NCBI GenBank assembly: GCA_043727635.1
Contig: JAYSYM010000590.1
Span: 1 to 28,235, forward strand
Source of the DNA: Bdellovibrionales bacterium
GTDB lineage: Bacteria > Bdellovibrionota > Bdellovibrionia > Bdellovibrionales > JAMPXM01
Reading direction: 5' to 3'
Length of the DNA stretch: 28,235 bases
This document shows, one piece after another, positions 16,881 to 24,408 of the stretch. Under the pieces are notes generated by a model, which saw only the letters and a list, made by a program, of their open reading frames with translations, did not search any database and was not told the origin of the DNA. Each line of letters opens with the position of its first letter. Within the stretch, counting starts at the first letter, position 1. The position numbers were made by a program, and so were the translations under genes.

Positions 16881-17582
16881 ATGAAGACTACTTGGACCAG
16901 GATCATTCTAATATTTGCGCTGCTTTTCCCTGGGATTGGAGCAGTTTGCTATTTCATTCTTGCACACGACCAATGGCTAAGAATCATCTACTTAGCCTCT
17001 AAGGTTGTTCAGTTTACTCTCCCAGCAGTTTGGGTCTTCATCGTTCTTCGCGAACCGTTTTCAACTCGAAAAATTACGCTTCGAAATGCGATCGCTGGCC
17101 TAAAGACCGGTGTATTTTTTTTCGCCCTGACTTTGGTCGCGTACTTCTTTGTGTTCGAACGCTTTGATCTACTTTCTGGATCGAGCGATGCCATCGTTCA
17201 AAAGATTAGTGAGTTTGGAGTAACGAGCCCGCTGAGTTTTATTCTCATGGCTGTTTATATTTCAATCCTTCACTCGTTTCTCGAGGAGTATTATTGGCGG
17301 TGGTTTGTTTTCAGAAAACTTCGCGAGTTCATGGGGTTTAGATCATCAGTCGTTATTTCGAGTGTCGGGTTTACGCTCCACCATATTGTGGTCATCGGGT
17401 TCTATGCTCCGGCCAACTACGCATCCGTTCTAATTCCACTCGCTGCCTTGAGCGTGTTTTTGGCGGGAGTGGTTTGGGCATATCAGTACGAGCGGAGTCG
17501 AAGTCTCTGGGTAGTTTGGGTCAGCCACTTGCTTACGGATGCAGCACTCATGGTGGTCGGCTACCGCCTCGTTTTCCCTTAG
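16881..17582 (+). CDS. CPBP (Abi/type II CAAX) intramembrane glutamic metalloprotease
   Basis: Multi-TM protein with EEYYWR (EExxxR), FTLHH and HLLTD (HxxxD/N) motifs. GTG 16878 or ATG 16881. Confidence 0.9.
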   Translation: MKTTWTRIILIFALLFPGIGAVCYFILAHDQWLRIIYLASKVVQFTLPAVWVFIVLREPFSTRKITLRNAIAGLKTGVFFFALTLVAYFFVFERFDLLSGSSDAIVQKISEFGVTSPLSFILMAVYISILHSFLEEYYWRWFVFRKLREFMGFRSSVVISSVGFTLHHIVVIGFYAPANYASVLIPLAALSVFLAGVVWAYQYERSRSLWVVWVSHLLTDAALMVVGYRLVFP

Positions 17583-17592
17583 TAATCGGGTC

Positions 17593-17610
17593 CGAATCGG
17601 AACCGTTTCG
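17593..17610. promoter_or_regulatory. Imperfect palindrome, candidate enhancer (UAS) for the downstream sigma54 promoter
   Basis: CGAATCGG-AA-CCGTTTCG, 7 of 8 arm pairs complementary. GGAACC occurs at 17599 and 17629, and GAAC-N6-GTTC at 17645-17658. Confidence 0.35.
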
Positions 17611-17694
17611 AGTTTGGAAGTCCACTCTGGAACCACTCATTATTGAACCAATTCGTTCTATAACCCATAAAAATCTTATAGATGGTATAAGTCG

Positions 17695-17711
17695 CTGGCC
17701 CGCCCTTTGCT
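17695..17711 (+). promoter_or_regulatory. Sigma54 (-24/-12) promoter candidate
   Basis: CTGGCCCGCCCTTTGCT: GG(17697-98)-N10-GC(17709-10), one mismatch to TGGCACG-N4-TTGCW. An AT-rich tract lies upstream. Confidence 0.7.
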
Positions 17712-17758
17712 CTTACACTCCTACGTAACTGTTATCCGGATCTTTTTGGGAGGTTCAT

Positions 17759-18265
17759 ATGAAAAAGCAAATCATCATCCTTGGCGCTTTCATCGCTCTG
17801 ACACTTGCTTTCGTACAAGCCGCTGACGCATCGCAAACTTTCGTAGCTAAAGGCTACACTGCACAAATCGAAGGACTCGTAGACGGAGTTAGATTCCCGG
17901 TTGATGCAACTGACATCACTGGCGGAAACGTAACAATCGATACTGATAACCAAACAATCGCTCTAACTGTTGATAAAGAACACTCATGCGCGGGTAAATT
18001 GATCTGCCCTCCAGGCCTTAACAACAAACTCGCTATCAAACTTCAAATTTCAAAAATAGAACGCGATCATTGCGGAGTTCTTCAGTACACAGCTGAACAA
18101 CAACTAACTTCTGGAAATCAAATTCTGACTGTTCGTGATAATTCAGAAAGCATCTGCCGCAGCTTCATCGCGATCCCAAGAACCACTGTTTCTCTTGTGA
18201 AACAAACTCGCTCAGGCGAAGCAAGCGCACTTTTCGCTGCTGGCGCTCTTGAGGAACTTCAGTAA
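17759..18265 (+). CDS. Exported hypothetical beta-rich protein with 4 Cys
   Basis: GGAGG RBS, signal peptide MKKQIIILGAFIALTLAFVQAADA, alternating beta-strand patterns, and Cys in HSCAGKLICP, DHCG and SICR. Confidence 0.85.
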   Translation: MKKQIIILGAFIALTLAFVQAADASQTFVAKGYTAQIEGLVDGVRFPVDATDITGGNVTIDTDNQTIALTVDKEHSCAGKLICPPGLNNKLAIKLQISKIERDHCGVLQYTAEQQLTSGNQILTVRDNSESICRSFIAIPRTTVSLVKQTRSGEASALFAAGALEELQ

Positions 18266-18293
18266 GTCGCCCCTCCAAAATTTTCGTTAGGCA

Positions 18294-19385
18294 TTAACGC
18301 CGCTCGATCTGAAACTCGCGCGGCGTTTGTGTATCTACGACTGTGATATCAACGGGTAAGCGTGAGATCTCGCGCCCGTCGTCTGATTCAACCTGAACGC
18401 GCCACTCTCCCGGCTGATAATTTGATTTGTACGCGTGCCCTCTGAAACCTTCAGCGCGCCCACCACTAATCGTCATCGGAATTTTGTCGGCAGAAACCCA
18501 ACCTTGTCTTGGATCTTTGAAATACCAATGAATAAGAATTTTATCTTTGAAGCCTGTCGGCGAAAAAATGTTCGCAAAGAAGTGAATCTTATCTCCCGGT
18601 TGAGCTACAAAGTCTTGATCGCCTCGCTTCCAGAACATCCACTTCGGTGTTTCTGAGTGCAAAATATAATCGCCGTTTTCTCGCTCAACATTGTGATAGA
18701 TCCCCGCGAACTGAACTGAAATTGGTACTGGCGGAATTAGATTCAAAAGATACATCGCTGTGAAAACAGCAAGTGTAGCCATTGATGGATATACCAGCTG
18801 TTTGTGAGCCAAGTGACTGCGATCAATCCCGCGGAGAGTGAATCGGGCGAAGTAGTAAAAAATCAAGCCAGAGATCACGACTGCTGCGAAGAACGGAACG
18901 AAGCCGACGAATCCGACAAACACCGGAATCAAAATTGCGATCACCGAGCACAAACACAGCGTGAAGAGAATCGAGCGAAGAATAAGCCCGTACTTTCTAA
19001 ATTGCGGAAGCTCGTTAGCTGCAAGTAGGGCCACGAGAATCGCGAAGAACACGAACGAAGCTGCGATTGAGGCGCTCTTATAATAAAAAATTGAACTGAA
19101 GTTGAGAAGGTTTCCTAAAAAGAAATGGATGATTGGCTCACGATACTTCCAGGGCGTTCGAAGAAATCCCGGCATTTTGAGAGGAGTAATGGTCTCGCGA
19201 ATTTCGCCCGAGAGCATAAGAGCGACAATGATAATGTAGACGACTTGCTGAATGATGGTCGACCAGTCATCCAGAGCGCCAGTCATAAAGATGTCCCAGA
19301 TAAAACCGACGACGAAGAACGCGATTGAGTATTTACCTTCGTTTTGCTGGAAGCTTGTTTTTAGCTGGTCGATTTTCTGTTTCAC
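18294..19385 (-). CDS. DUF2914 domain membrane protein
   Basis: About 7-8 N-terminal TM segments. C-terminal GGRAEGFRGHAYKSNYQPGEWRVQVESDDGREISR is typical of DUF2914. AGGA RBS, 12 nt after the DUF1338 stop. Confidence 0.85.
   Translation of the reverse strand: MKQKIDQLKTSFQQNEGKYSIAFFVVGFIWDIFMTGALDDWSTIIQQVVYIIIVALMLSGEIRETITPLKMPGFLRTPWKYREPIIHFFLGNLLNFSSIFYYKSASIAASFVFFAILVALLAANELPQFRKYGLILRSILFTLCLCSVIAILIPVFVGFVGFVPFFAAVVISGLIFYYFARFTLRGIDRSHLAHKQLVYPSMATLAVFTAMYLLNLIPPVPISVQFAGIYHNVERENGDYILHSETPKWMFWKRGDQDFVAQPGDKIHFFANIFSPTGFKDKILIHWYFKDPRQGWVSADKIPMTISGGRAEGFRGHAYKSNYQPGEWRVQVESDDGREISRLPVDITVVDTQTPREFQIERR
18296..18332 (+). terminator. Possible intrinsic terminator for the 17759 gene, lying inside the 3' end of the convergent gene
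   Basis: AACGCCGC...GCGGCGTT 8-bp stem (18296-18303/18320-18327) followed by a weak TTTGTGT tract. Confidence 0.3.
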
Positions 19386-19397
19386 GTGATGGTAATC

Positions 19398-20222
19398 CTA
19401 TTTAGATTTTTGTAAGTATGTACTCTCGAAGATTTTATCAGCTGAGCCTTCAACAAATCCGTTAAAGAGCTTTCCGCTAGCGTCGTTAAATCGTTGTGCG
19501 AATTCGTAGTAGCAGCTTGGAATTTTTTCTGTTCGTTCAGAAAACTTTGTCTCAACTTTTTCGGCGAGTGTTGCCGACTGCTCAAGGAACACAGCTTTCG
19601 AGCCTTTAATCTCGCCGCCGCTCGTATTGAGGTCGATGCCATTATTTTTTAAGAATGTGTTCAAAGCTGTCAGGTCACCGAAGGCCTTTAAGTGATTCAT
19701 CGAAACTGTGAAGTGATTCGTTCTGAATCCAAATGCATAAACCCAAGCTGCGTACTCAGATTGCTTCATTAAGGCCTGATAAGTTTCAAATGATGCTTGC
19801 CACGGTCTTCCCGACCAAAGCAGGCGATCTTGAGTGAGTAGATCGTCAGGCATTGATCTCGCAACCTCTTCACATGTGTTCGCGACGAGCTGATCGAAAT
19901 TTTCAATTAGGAGTTCGCTAATGAAGACGCGCGGCTGATCTGAATCTTTTGATTCCATGTGCTGCGCATAGAGTTTTTTCTCCTTAAAGAAATACTCACC
20001 TTTTACGCTGTAGCCGTACTTTTCAAAGACCTTAACAAAAGTCGGTAGCCCAATCCGCGCGTTCTTGTAGGTGCGGAAGGCAACATGATCGTTCTCGAGA
20101 CGAGAAATGTTTCGGCCTGCACGCTTTTCCTCGTTCAACACCAAATCGTGAACTCGCTTCGCTTGCGGGTTGAGAGTGATGTAATCGGTCCAGAGGTTTT
20201 CAAAAATATTCTGTGTGCTCAT
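19398..20222 (-). CDS. DUF1338 family protein (HglS/YdcJ-like 2-oxoadipate dioxygenase/decarboxylase family)
   Basis: NDHVAFRT, SEYAAW-x-x-x-FG-x-x-x-NHFT, LEQSAT and YYEFAQR, giving a His/His/Glu metal-ligand pattern. Confidence 0.85.
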   Translation of the reverse strand: MSTQNIFENLWTDYITLNPQAKRVHDLVLNEEKRAGRNISRLENDHVAFRTYKNARIGLPTFVKVFEKYGYSVKGEYFFKEKKLYAQHMESKDSDQPRVFISELLIENFDQLVANTCEEVARSMPDDLLTQDRLLWSGRPWQASFETYQALMKQSEYAAWVYAFGFRTNHFTVSMNHLKAFGDLTALNTFLKNNGIDLNTSGGEIKGSKAVFLEQSATLAEKVETKFSERTEKIPSCYYEFAQRFNDASGKLFNGFVEGSADKIFESTYLQKSK

Positions 20223-20230
20223 GGGGTTCG

Positions 20231-20260
20231 ATTTTAGCGAGGCCTTTGAGAAACCTTCAA
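20231..20260 (-). promoter_or_regulatory. Sigma70-type promoter abutting the DUF1338 start codon
   Basis: Minus strand TTGAAG-N18-TAAAAT, then 8 nt (CGAACCCC, no SD) to ATG 20222. Confidence 0.55.
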
Positions 20261-20336
20261 GCTTTCTCCACGAGTTGAATGAATGATTTTGACTGAATTC
20301 CGCTACTATCAGTGCCAGATAGCTGGAGTACCCATT

Positions 20337-20882
20337 ATGAGTTTGACGTTAGTGGCGACATTTAACACAAAAAACGAGGCAAACTGCGCAGTCGACGCAC
20401 TGGTCGAAGGTGGTTGGGATCGAAAAGCCGTAAGCACGACCGTTAGAAGAGAATTAGGCGAACGCGCCTCATTTTCCACCTCTGGAAGTGGCGAAACTGA
20501 TTCCTTCAAAGCGGTAGCTCTTGTTGCCATGATAGGTGCGGTGATCGGAGCCGCGATTGGCTTGATGCTAGCGCTCGGTACTTTCGGTTTGCGGGTGGAG
20601 CAGTTCCGCGAGAGTGCAGCGCTAGGTTTAATTGCCGGCGCGATAGTCGGCTTAGCTGTTGGCACTTACTCTGGCGCAGTCGCTTCGGTTCGAAAGAGTC
20701 GGGATCAACGCTTGGATCAACTCTCGCCATTCCTTTCAGCAAAAGAACGGGTCATGGTGAGCTTGAGTGTTCCCGATGAGCGCCAAGAAGTGGTTTCGCG
20801 GGTCCTTCGCAGTCACGGAGCCTATGCAGTTCGGGAGTGGTCTTTGTTAAGCAACGATACTCCCCGCGGCCTACCCGTTTAA
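20337..20882 (+). CDS. Membrane protein with Gly-zipper-like TM hairpin (general stress protein/YflT-like architecture)
   Basis: GGAG RBS then ATG 20337 (track start 20283). An alpha/beta N-segment (LVATF...AVDALVEGG), two G/A-rich TM helices and a matching C-segment (VMVSLSV...LRSHGA). Confidence 0.75.
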   Translation: MSLTLVATFNTKNEANCAVDALVEGGWDRKAVSTTVRRELGERASFSTSGSGETDSFKAVALVAMIGAVIGAAIGLMLALGTFGLRVEQFRESAALGLIAGAIVGLAVGTYSGAVASVRKSRDQRLDQLSPFLSAKERVMVSLSVPDERQEVVSRVLRSHGAYAVREWSLLSNDTPRGLPV

Positions 20883-20891
20883 TAAACAAGG

Positions 20892-20900
20892 TGTTAGCCT
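20892..20900 (+). promoter_or_regulatory. Extended -10 element 7 nt before the 2OG oxygenase ATG
   Basis: TG-T-TAGCCT (TGnTAnnnT) at 20892-20900, with ATG at 20908. Confidence 0.4.
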
Positions 20901-20907
20901 TGGGCCA

Positions 20908-21819
20908 ATGAAAACATACCAAACGATTGAGAACTTCTCGCCTTCGGCGAAAAAGCTGCGTGAACATTTTGAGCAAACATTTGCAGATCCACACTCTGCA
21001 AAGAGTGATCGATTCATTTGGGATTACTGGAACGTTCCGGGTCAGTACACAACTCTTCGCACACCGGCTTATCACTTCTTCCCGAAAAAGATTTACGAGC
21101 AATTTCACAACGAACTTGTTTGGTGGGGTCGAGAGAATCTTGGATGCCATGACATTTCTCCACCTTGGCTAAGTTGCTATGTTGATGGCTGCAAACAAGA
21201 ACTGCACGGTGACCTTCCTCACGGCCCTTGGGCATTTGTCTTTTCTTTAACTCCCTGGAATTCGCGAAAGTTTCGCGGAGGAGAAACGCTGTTGTTGAAA
21301 AATGAAGTACTTAGCTACTGGCAAAACTTTTCTTCGGGCGGAGGACTTGAGCGCGGAAACTTAGTCGACGAAGTGCCGGCAAAGTTTAATCGACTCACCG
21401 TCTTTGATCCGAGAATCCCTCACGGCGTGAATGAAGTTCGCGGCGTTAATGACGTTCTCGAAGGACGACTTGTGATTCACGGCTGGTTTGTTCAGCCGCG
21501 CCCGTTTATTCAGGGCCCACTTCGCACGACTGAACTGCAGTCAGCGATCAACGGTTTAACTAGCTCGTTGGTGGATCAATTTGAATCTGAAGGGGGCCTT
21601 AATACCTCAGGAGTTTTAGCCGTCAGATTTAATGTTGCGAAAGGTGGCTCAGTCGGTCGCGTTCAGATTTTGTCGAACTCTCTTCGCGATTTAGAAAGCC
21701 ACTCAAACGTGAGTAATTCCTTAACTAAATGGATTTCAAAAGAGCTTAAGGCTGTGCGCTTTAAAGCTAAGGCTAAGAGCTCGACTGTTACTCTTCCTCT
21801 AATTTTCGAACCAGCGTAA
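20908..21819 (+). CDS. 2OG-Fe(II) oxygenase with C-terminal TonB-C/AgmX-like domain
   Basis: H100-x-D102 (codons 21205, 21211), H172 (21421) and R187 (21466) in FRGGET...NRLTVFDPRIPHGV...GRLVIHGW. The last ~100 aa show the V-x-F-x-V-x-x-x-G-x-V...RF...VTLPLIF pattern. Confidence 0.85.
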   Translation: MKTYQTIENFSPSAKKLREHFEQTFADPHSAKSDRFIWDYWNVPGQYTTLRTPAYHFFPKKIYEQFHNELVWWGRENLGCHDISPPWLSCYVDGCKQELHGDLPHGPWAFVFSLTPWNSRKFRGGETLLLKNEVLSYWQNFSSGGGLERGNLVDEVPAKFNRLTVFDPRIPHGVNEVRGVNDVLEGRLVIHGWFVQPRPFIQGPLRTTELQSAINGLTSSLVDQFESEGGLNTSGVLAVRFNVAKGGSVGRVQILSNSLRDLESHSNVSNSLTKWISKELKAVRFKAKAKSSTVTLPLIFEPA

Positions 21820-21830
21820 ACTAGGTGCAT

Positions 21831-22868
21831 ATGAAGAATTATTTAAAACTGTCGCTATTGATTTTCTGCTTAGCATTTTCTCAAGCTAGCTTTGCAAAGG
21901 ACTCGAAAATGGAAAATTTTAAAAAACCTTCGAAAGAAGAACTGAAGAAAAAACTTACGCCTGAGCAGTATGCCTGCACTCAAGAAGAAGGCACTGAACG
22001 CCCATTCCACAATAAATATTGGGACAACAAAGAGCCTGGCATTTACGTTGACCTCGTGAGCGGCGAAGCGCTGTTTAGCTCGACAGACAAATACGATTCT
22101 GGAAGTGGCTGGCCGAGCTTCACAAAGCCTCTTGAAAAAAATAACGTTACAACCAAAACCGACAAGCAGATGTTCGCTGAACGAACTGAAGTTCGATCAA
22201 AGAACGCCGACTCGCACTTAGGTCACGTGTTTGATGACGGCCCGAAAGACAAAGGCGGTTTGCGATATTGCATTAACTCGGCAGCACTTCGTTTTGTGCC
22301 TGTCGCTCAGATGGAAAAAGAAGGTTACGGATCTTTCCTTCATTTATTTAAGACCGCTGCTGGCGACGCGAAAGCTAAGGTCACGCAAGAAACTGCGATC
22401 TTAGCTGGCGGATGTTTTTGGGGAATGGAAGATATCATTCGCAAAATCCCGGGCGTGATTGAAACAGAAGTTGGTTACACAGGCGGCGCAATTAAGAACG
22501 CCGGTTATGACTTGGTAAAAACGGGAGCGACTGGACATGCAGAATCAGTTCGTGTCGTATTTGATCCGAACAAACTCTCTTACGAAAAGCTTTTAGAATG
22601 GTTTTTCCGAATGCACGACCCAACTACTAAGAATCAGCAAGGCAACGACAAAGGCACGCAGTATCGCTCGGCGATTTTCTACACGAACGAGAAACAAAAA
22701 GATGCCGCTGAAGTTGCTATAGTTAAACTTGAAAAGAATGGTAAGTGGAAGCGCCCGATCGTTACAGAAATCATAAAGGCGAGCGACTTTTATAAGGGCG
22801 AGGATTATCACCAGGATTACTTACAAAAGAACCCTGGCGGCTATACTTGTCACTTCTTGCGCGACTAA
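21831..22868 (+). CDS. msrAB: Exported bifunctional methionine sulfoxide reductase, MsrB-MsrA order
   Basis: AGGTG RBS, ATG 21831 and a signal peptide. MsrB: [26 protein letters not shown], with no CxxC Zn ligands. MsrA: GGCFWG, GH-x-E, YHQDY, YTCH. Confidence 0.95.
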   Translation: MKNYLKLSLLIFCLAFSQASFAKDSKMENFKKPSKEELKKKLTPEQYACTQEEGTERPFHNKYWDNKEPGIYVDLVSGEALFSSTDKYDSGSGWPSFTKPLEKNNVTTKTDKQMFAERTEVRSKNADSHLGHVFDDGPKDKGGLRYCINSAALRFVPVAQMEKEGYGSFLHLFKTAAGDAKAKVTQETAILAGGCFWGMEDIIRKIPGVIETEVGYTGGAIKNAGYDLVKTGATGHAESVRVVFDPNKLSYEKLLEWFFRMHDPTTKNQQGNDKGTQYRSAIFYTNEKQKDAAEVAIVKLEKNGKWKRPIVTEIIKASDFYKGEDYHQDYLQKNPGGYTCHFLRD

Positions 22869-22895
22869 GAAGCGAAGAACAGTTTTCTTGAATCG

Positions 22896-22913
22896 ACTCG
22901 TCACGTGACGAGT
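22896..22913. repeat. Perfect 18-bp palindrome between convergent genes
   Basis: ACTCGTCACGTGACGAGT is its own reverse complement and is flanked by TTGAA (22888-92) and TTCAA (22913-17). Confidence 0.8.
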
Positions 22914-22918
22914 TCAAC

Positions 22919-23185
22919 TTACTTCTTATAAATCTTGATCTGCTTCGTTTGCTCTTCAGTAAAAGCAACCGTGAGTTTTTTGCCAGTTTCAACTTTTCCG
23001 TCTTTGAGAAGCGACTTCGGAATAAGTTTGAAAGGTACGTCAGCTTGCTGAGTACCGAGATCAAGCGTAACGATTTTGTCGTTCGACACAACAACATTTC
23101 CACTCAATACAAACGGCCCTGCCTCGAGCGCGAACGCGCTGAGCGAACCGAGAAACAAACAAGCTGCGATAACAAATTTCAACAT
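22919..23185 (-). CDS. Small exported hypothetical beta-rich protein
   Basis: AGGAG overlapping the upstream stop favours ATG 23185 (track start 23191). Signal peptide ending SAFA; about 70-aa mature part of short beta strands. Confidence 0.75.
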   Translation of the reverse strand: MLKFVIAACLFLGSLSAFALEAGPFVLSGNVVVSNDKIVTLDLGTQQADVPFKLIPKSLLKDGKVETGKKLTVAFTEEQTKQIKIYKK

Positions 23186-23193
23186 CATCACTC

Positions 23194-23847
23194 CTACCGA
23201 ACAGTGCCGGGTTGCGAGTTAACTTTTTCGCCAGTGCTTTGTGAGCGACTCGTGCTACGCAAGTATTCGCGACGGCAAGCTAAGGTAATTTGTTTCGCTT
23301 CGTTCTTCATGCAGCTTGTGGCCGCATGCGAAGCGTCCGCGAGTTCGCAGAAGAGCATTGGAGTGTAACGTTGGTTTTCAACTTGGCAACCTGCACGTCG
23401 TAACGTGTATGGATTTCCGTCGATTGGACAATCAGCAACGAGAAGCTCATTAAACGATGAGTTTTCATCCCAAACGCAGAACGCTCCATCAACGACAGAC
23501 GTGCGCCCCTTCTTCTTCATCGCTTTGCGGGTTTTTTTATCGAATGGCTCAATGCTGTCTTCAAAACAATCTTTCGTTGCACTAGAGTTGTCTTGATACA
23601 AACAACCATTTACGTCGCCTTGGAAGCGCTGATTGCAGTAAGCCGTCATGATGTAAGCTTCGCACTGTGCGTACCCTTTTACGTACTGGGCACCGTTACA
23701 GCTGTCGACACGGGGTTCACCAACCCAATGGCATTCCTGACTCTCGCGTGGCTTTTGTTTATCTTTCTTTTTGTCTTTTGCTGACGCTTGGAATGAAAGT
23801 CCAAGAATTACGAAAGCAACAGCAAGCATTTTGAATAATGCGTTCAT
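23194..23847 (-). CDS. Exported cysteine-rich protein (12 Cys, two 6-Cys modules)
   Basis: GGAGG RBS then ATG 23847 (track start 23910). Signal peptide MNALFKMLAVAFVILGLSFQASA and 12 Cys in the mature region. Confidence 0.8.
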   Translation of the reverse strand: MNALFKMLAVAFVILGLSFQASAKDKKKDKQKPRESQECHWVGEPRVDSCNGAQYVKGYAQCEAYIMTAYCNQRFQGDVNGCLYQDNSSATKDCFEDSIEPFDKKTRKAMKKKGRTSVVDGAFCVWDENSSFNELLVADCPIDGNPYTLRRAGCQVENQRYTPMLFCELADASHAATSCMKNEAKQITLACRREYLRSTSRSQSTGEKVNSQPGTVR

Positions 23848-23869
23848 CGAACATCCTCCGTGAGAAACT

Positions 23870-24352
23870 TTAAACATTTTCAGAAACAATTTTAGCGTGA
23901 GCCCATTCAAAAATTGGCGTCACTCGCGGGCTAATCAATTCGCGAGCTTCTTCGTAATCGAACCATGCAAACTCGTGATGTTCGAGTCGCCCAGTAAAAG
24001 GATTCGGCCGAAGTTCTACGTCTCCGTCTTTCAATTCAGCGATGTAATAGCGTGCTGTCTTCCCGCGTGCGTATTTTGGAGTTTCGCGAAAATCTTTTCC
24101 CCATTTAAATTTTGGATGACGAAGTGCCGTCTCTTCTTCGAGTTCACGAATTGCACCGATCAATGGATCTTCATTTCGAAGAACCACACCTTTTGGAAAA
24201 TCCCAGTAGCTGTAAACTCTGAGCAAAAGATATTGAACGCGGCCATCTATAAATCGAACTGGTATGATGCCTGAAGAGAGAACGTCGCGCTGAGGGCGAC
24301 GTGAGCGAGAAGCAGTCAGTTGCGGTTCAGAATTAACTTCAGAATTTCGCAA
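23870..24352 (-). CDS. Nudix hydrolase (Ap4A-hydrolase-like subfamily)
   Basis: SSGIIP...YLLL...WDFPKG, Nudix box G-x5-E-x7-RELEEETAL and EHHEFAW. TTG start with GGAGG RBS. Confidence 0.9.
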   Translation of the reverse strand: MRNSEVNSEPQLTASRSRRPQRDVLSSGIIPVRFIDGRVQYLLLRVYSYWDFPKGVVLRNEDPLIGAIRELEEETALRHPKFKWGKDFRETPKYARGKTARYYIAELKDGDVELRPNPFTGRLEHHEFAWFDYEEARELISPRVTPIFEWAHAKIVSENV

Positions 24353-24408
24353 TTTCGCCTCCCCTTACGCCATCTTTATTGATCAAGGGTAAAGACGCAA
24401 CAGGTGTC

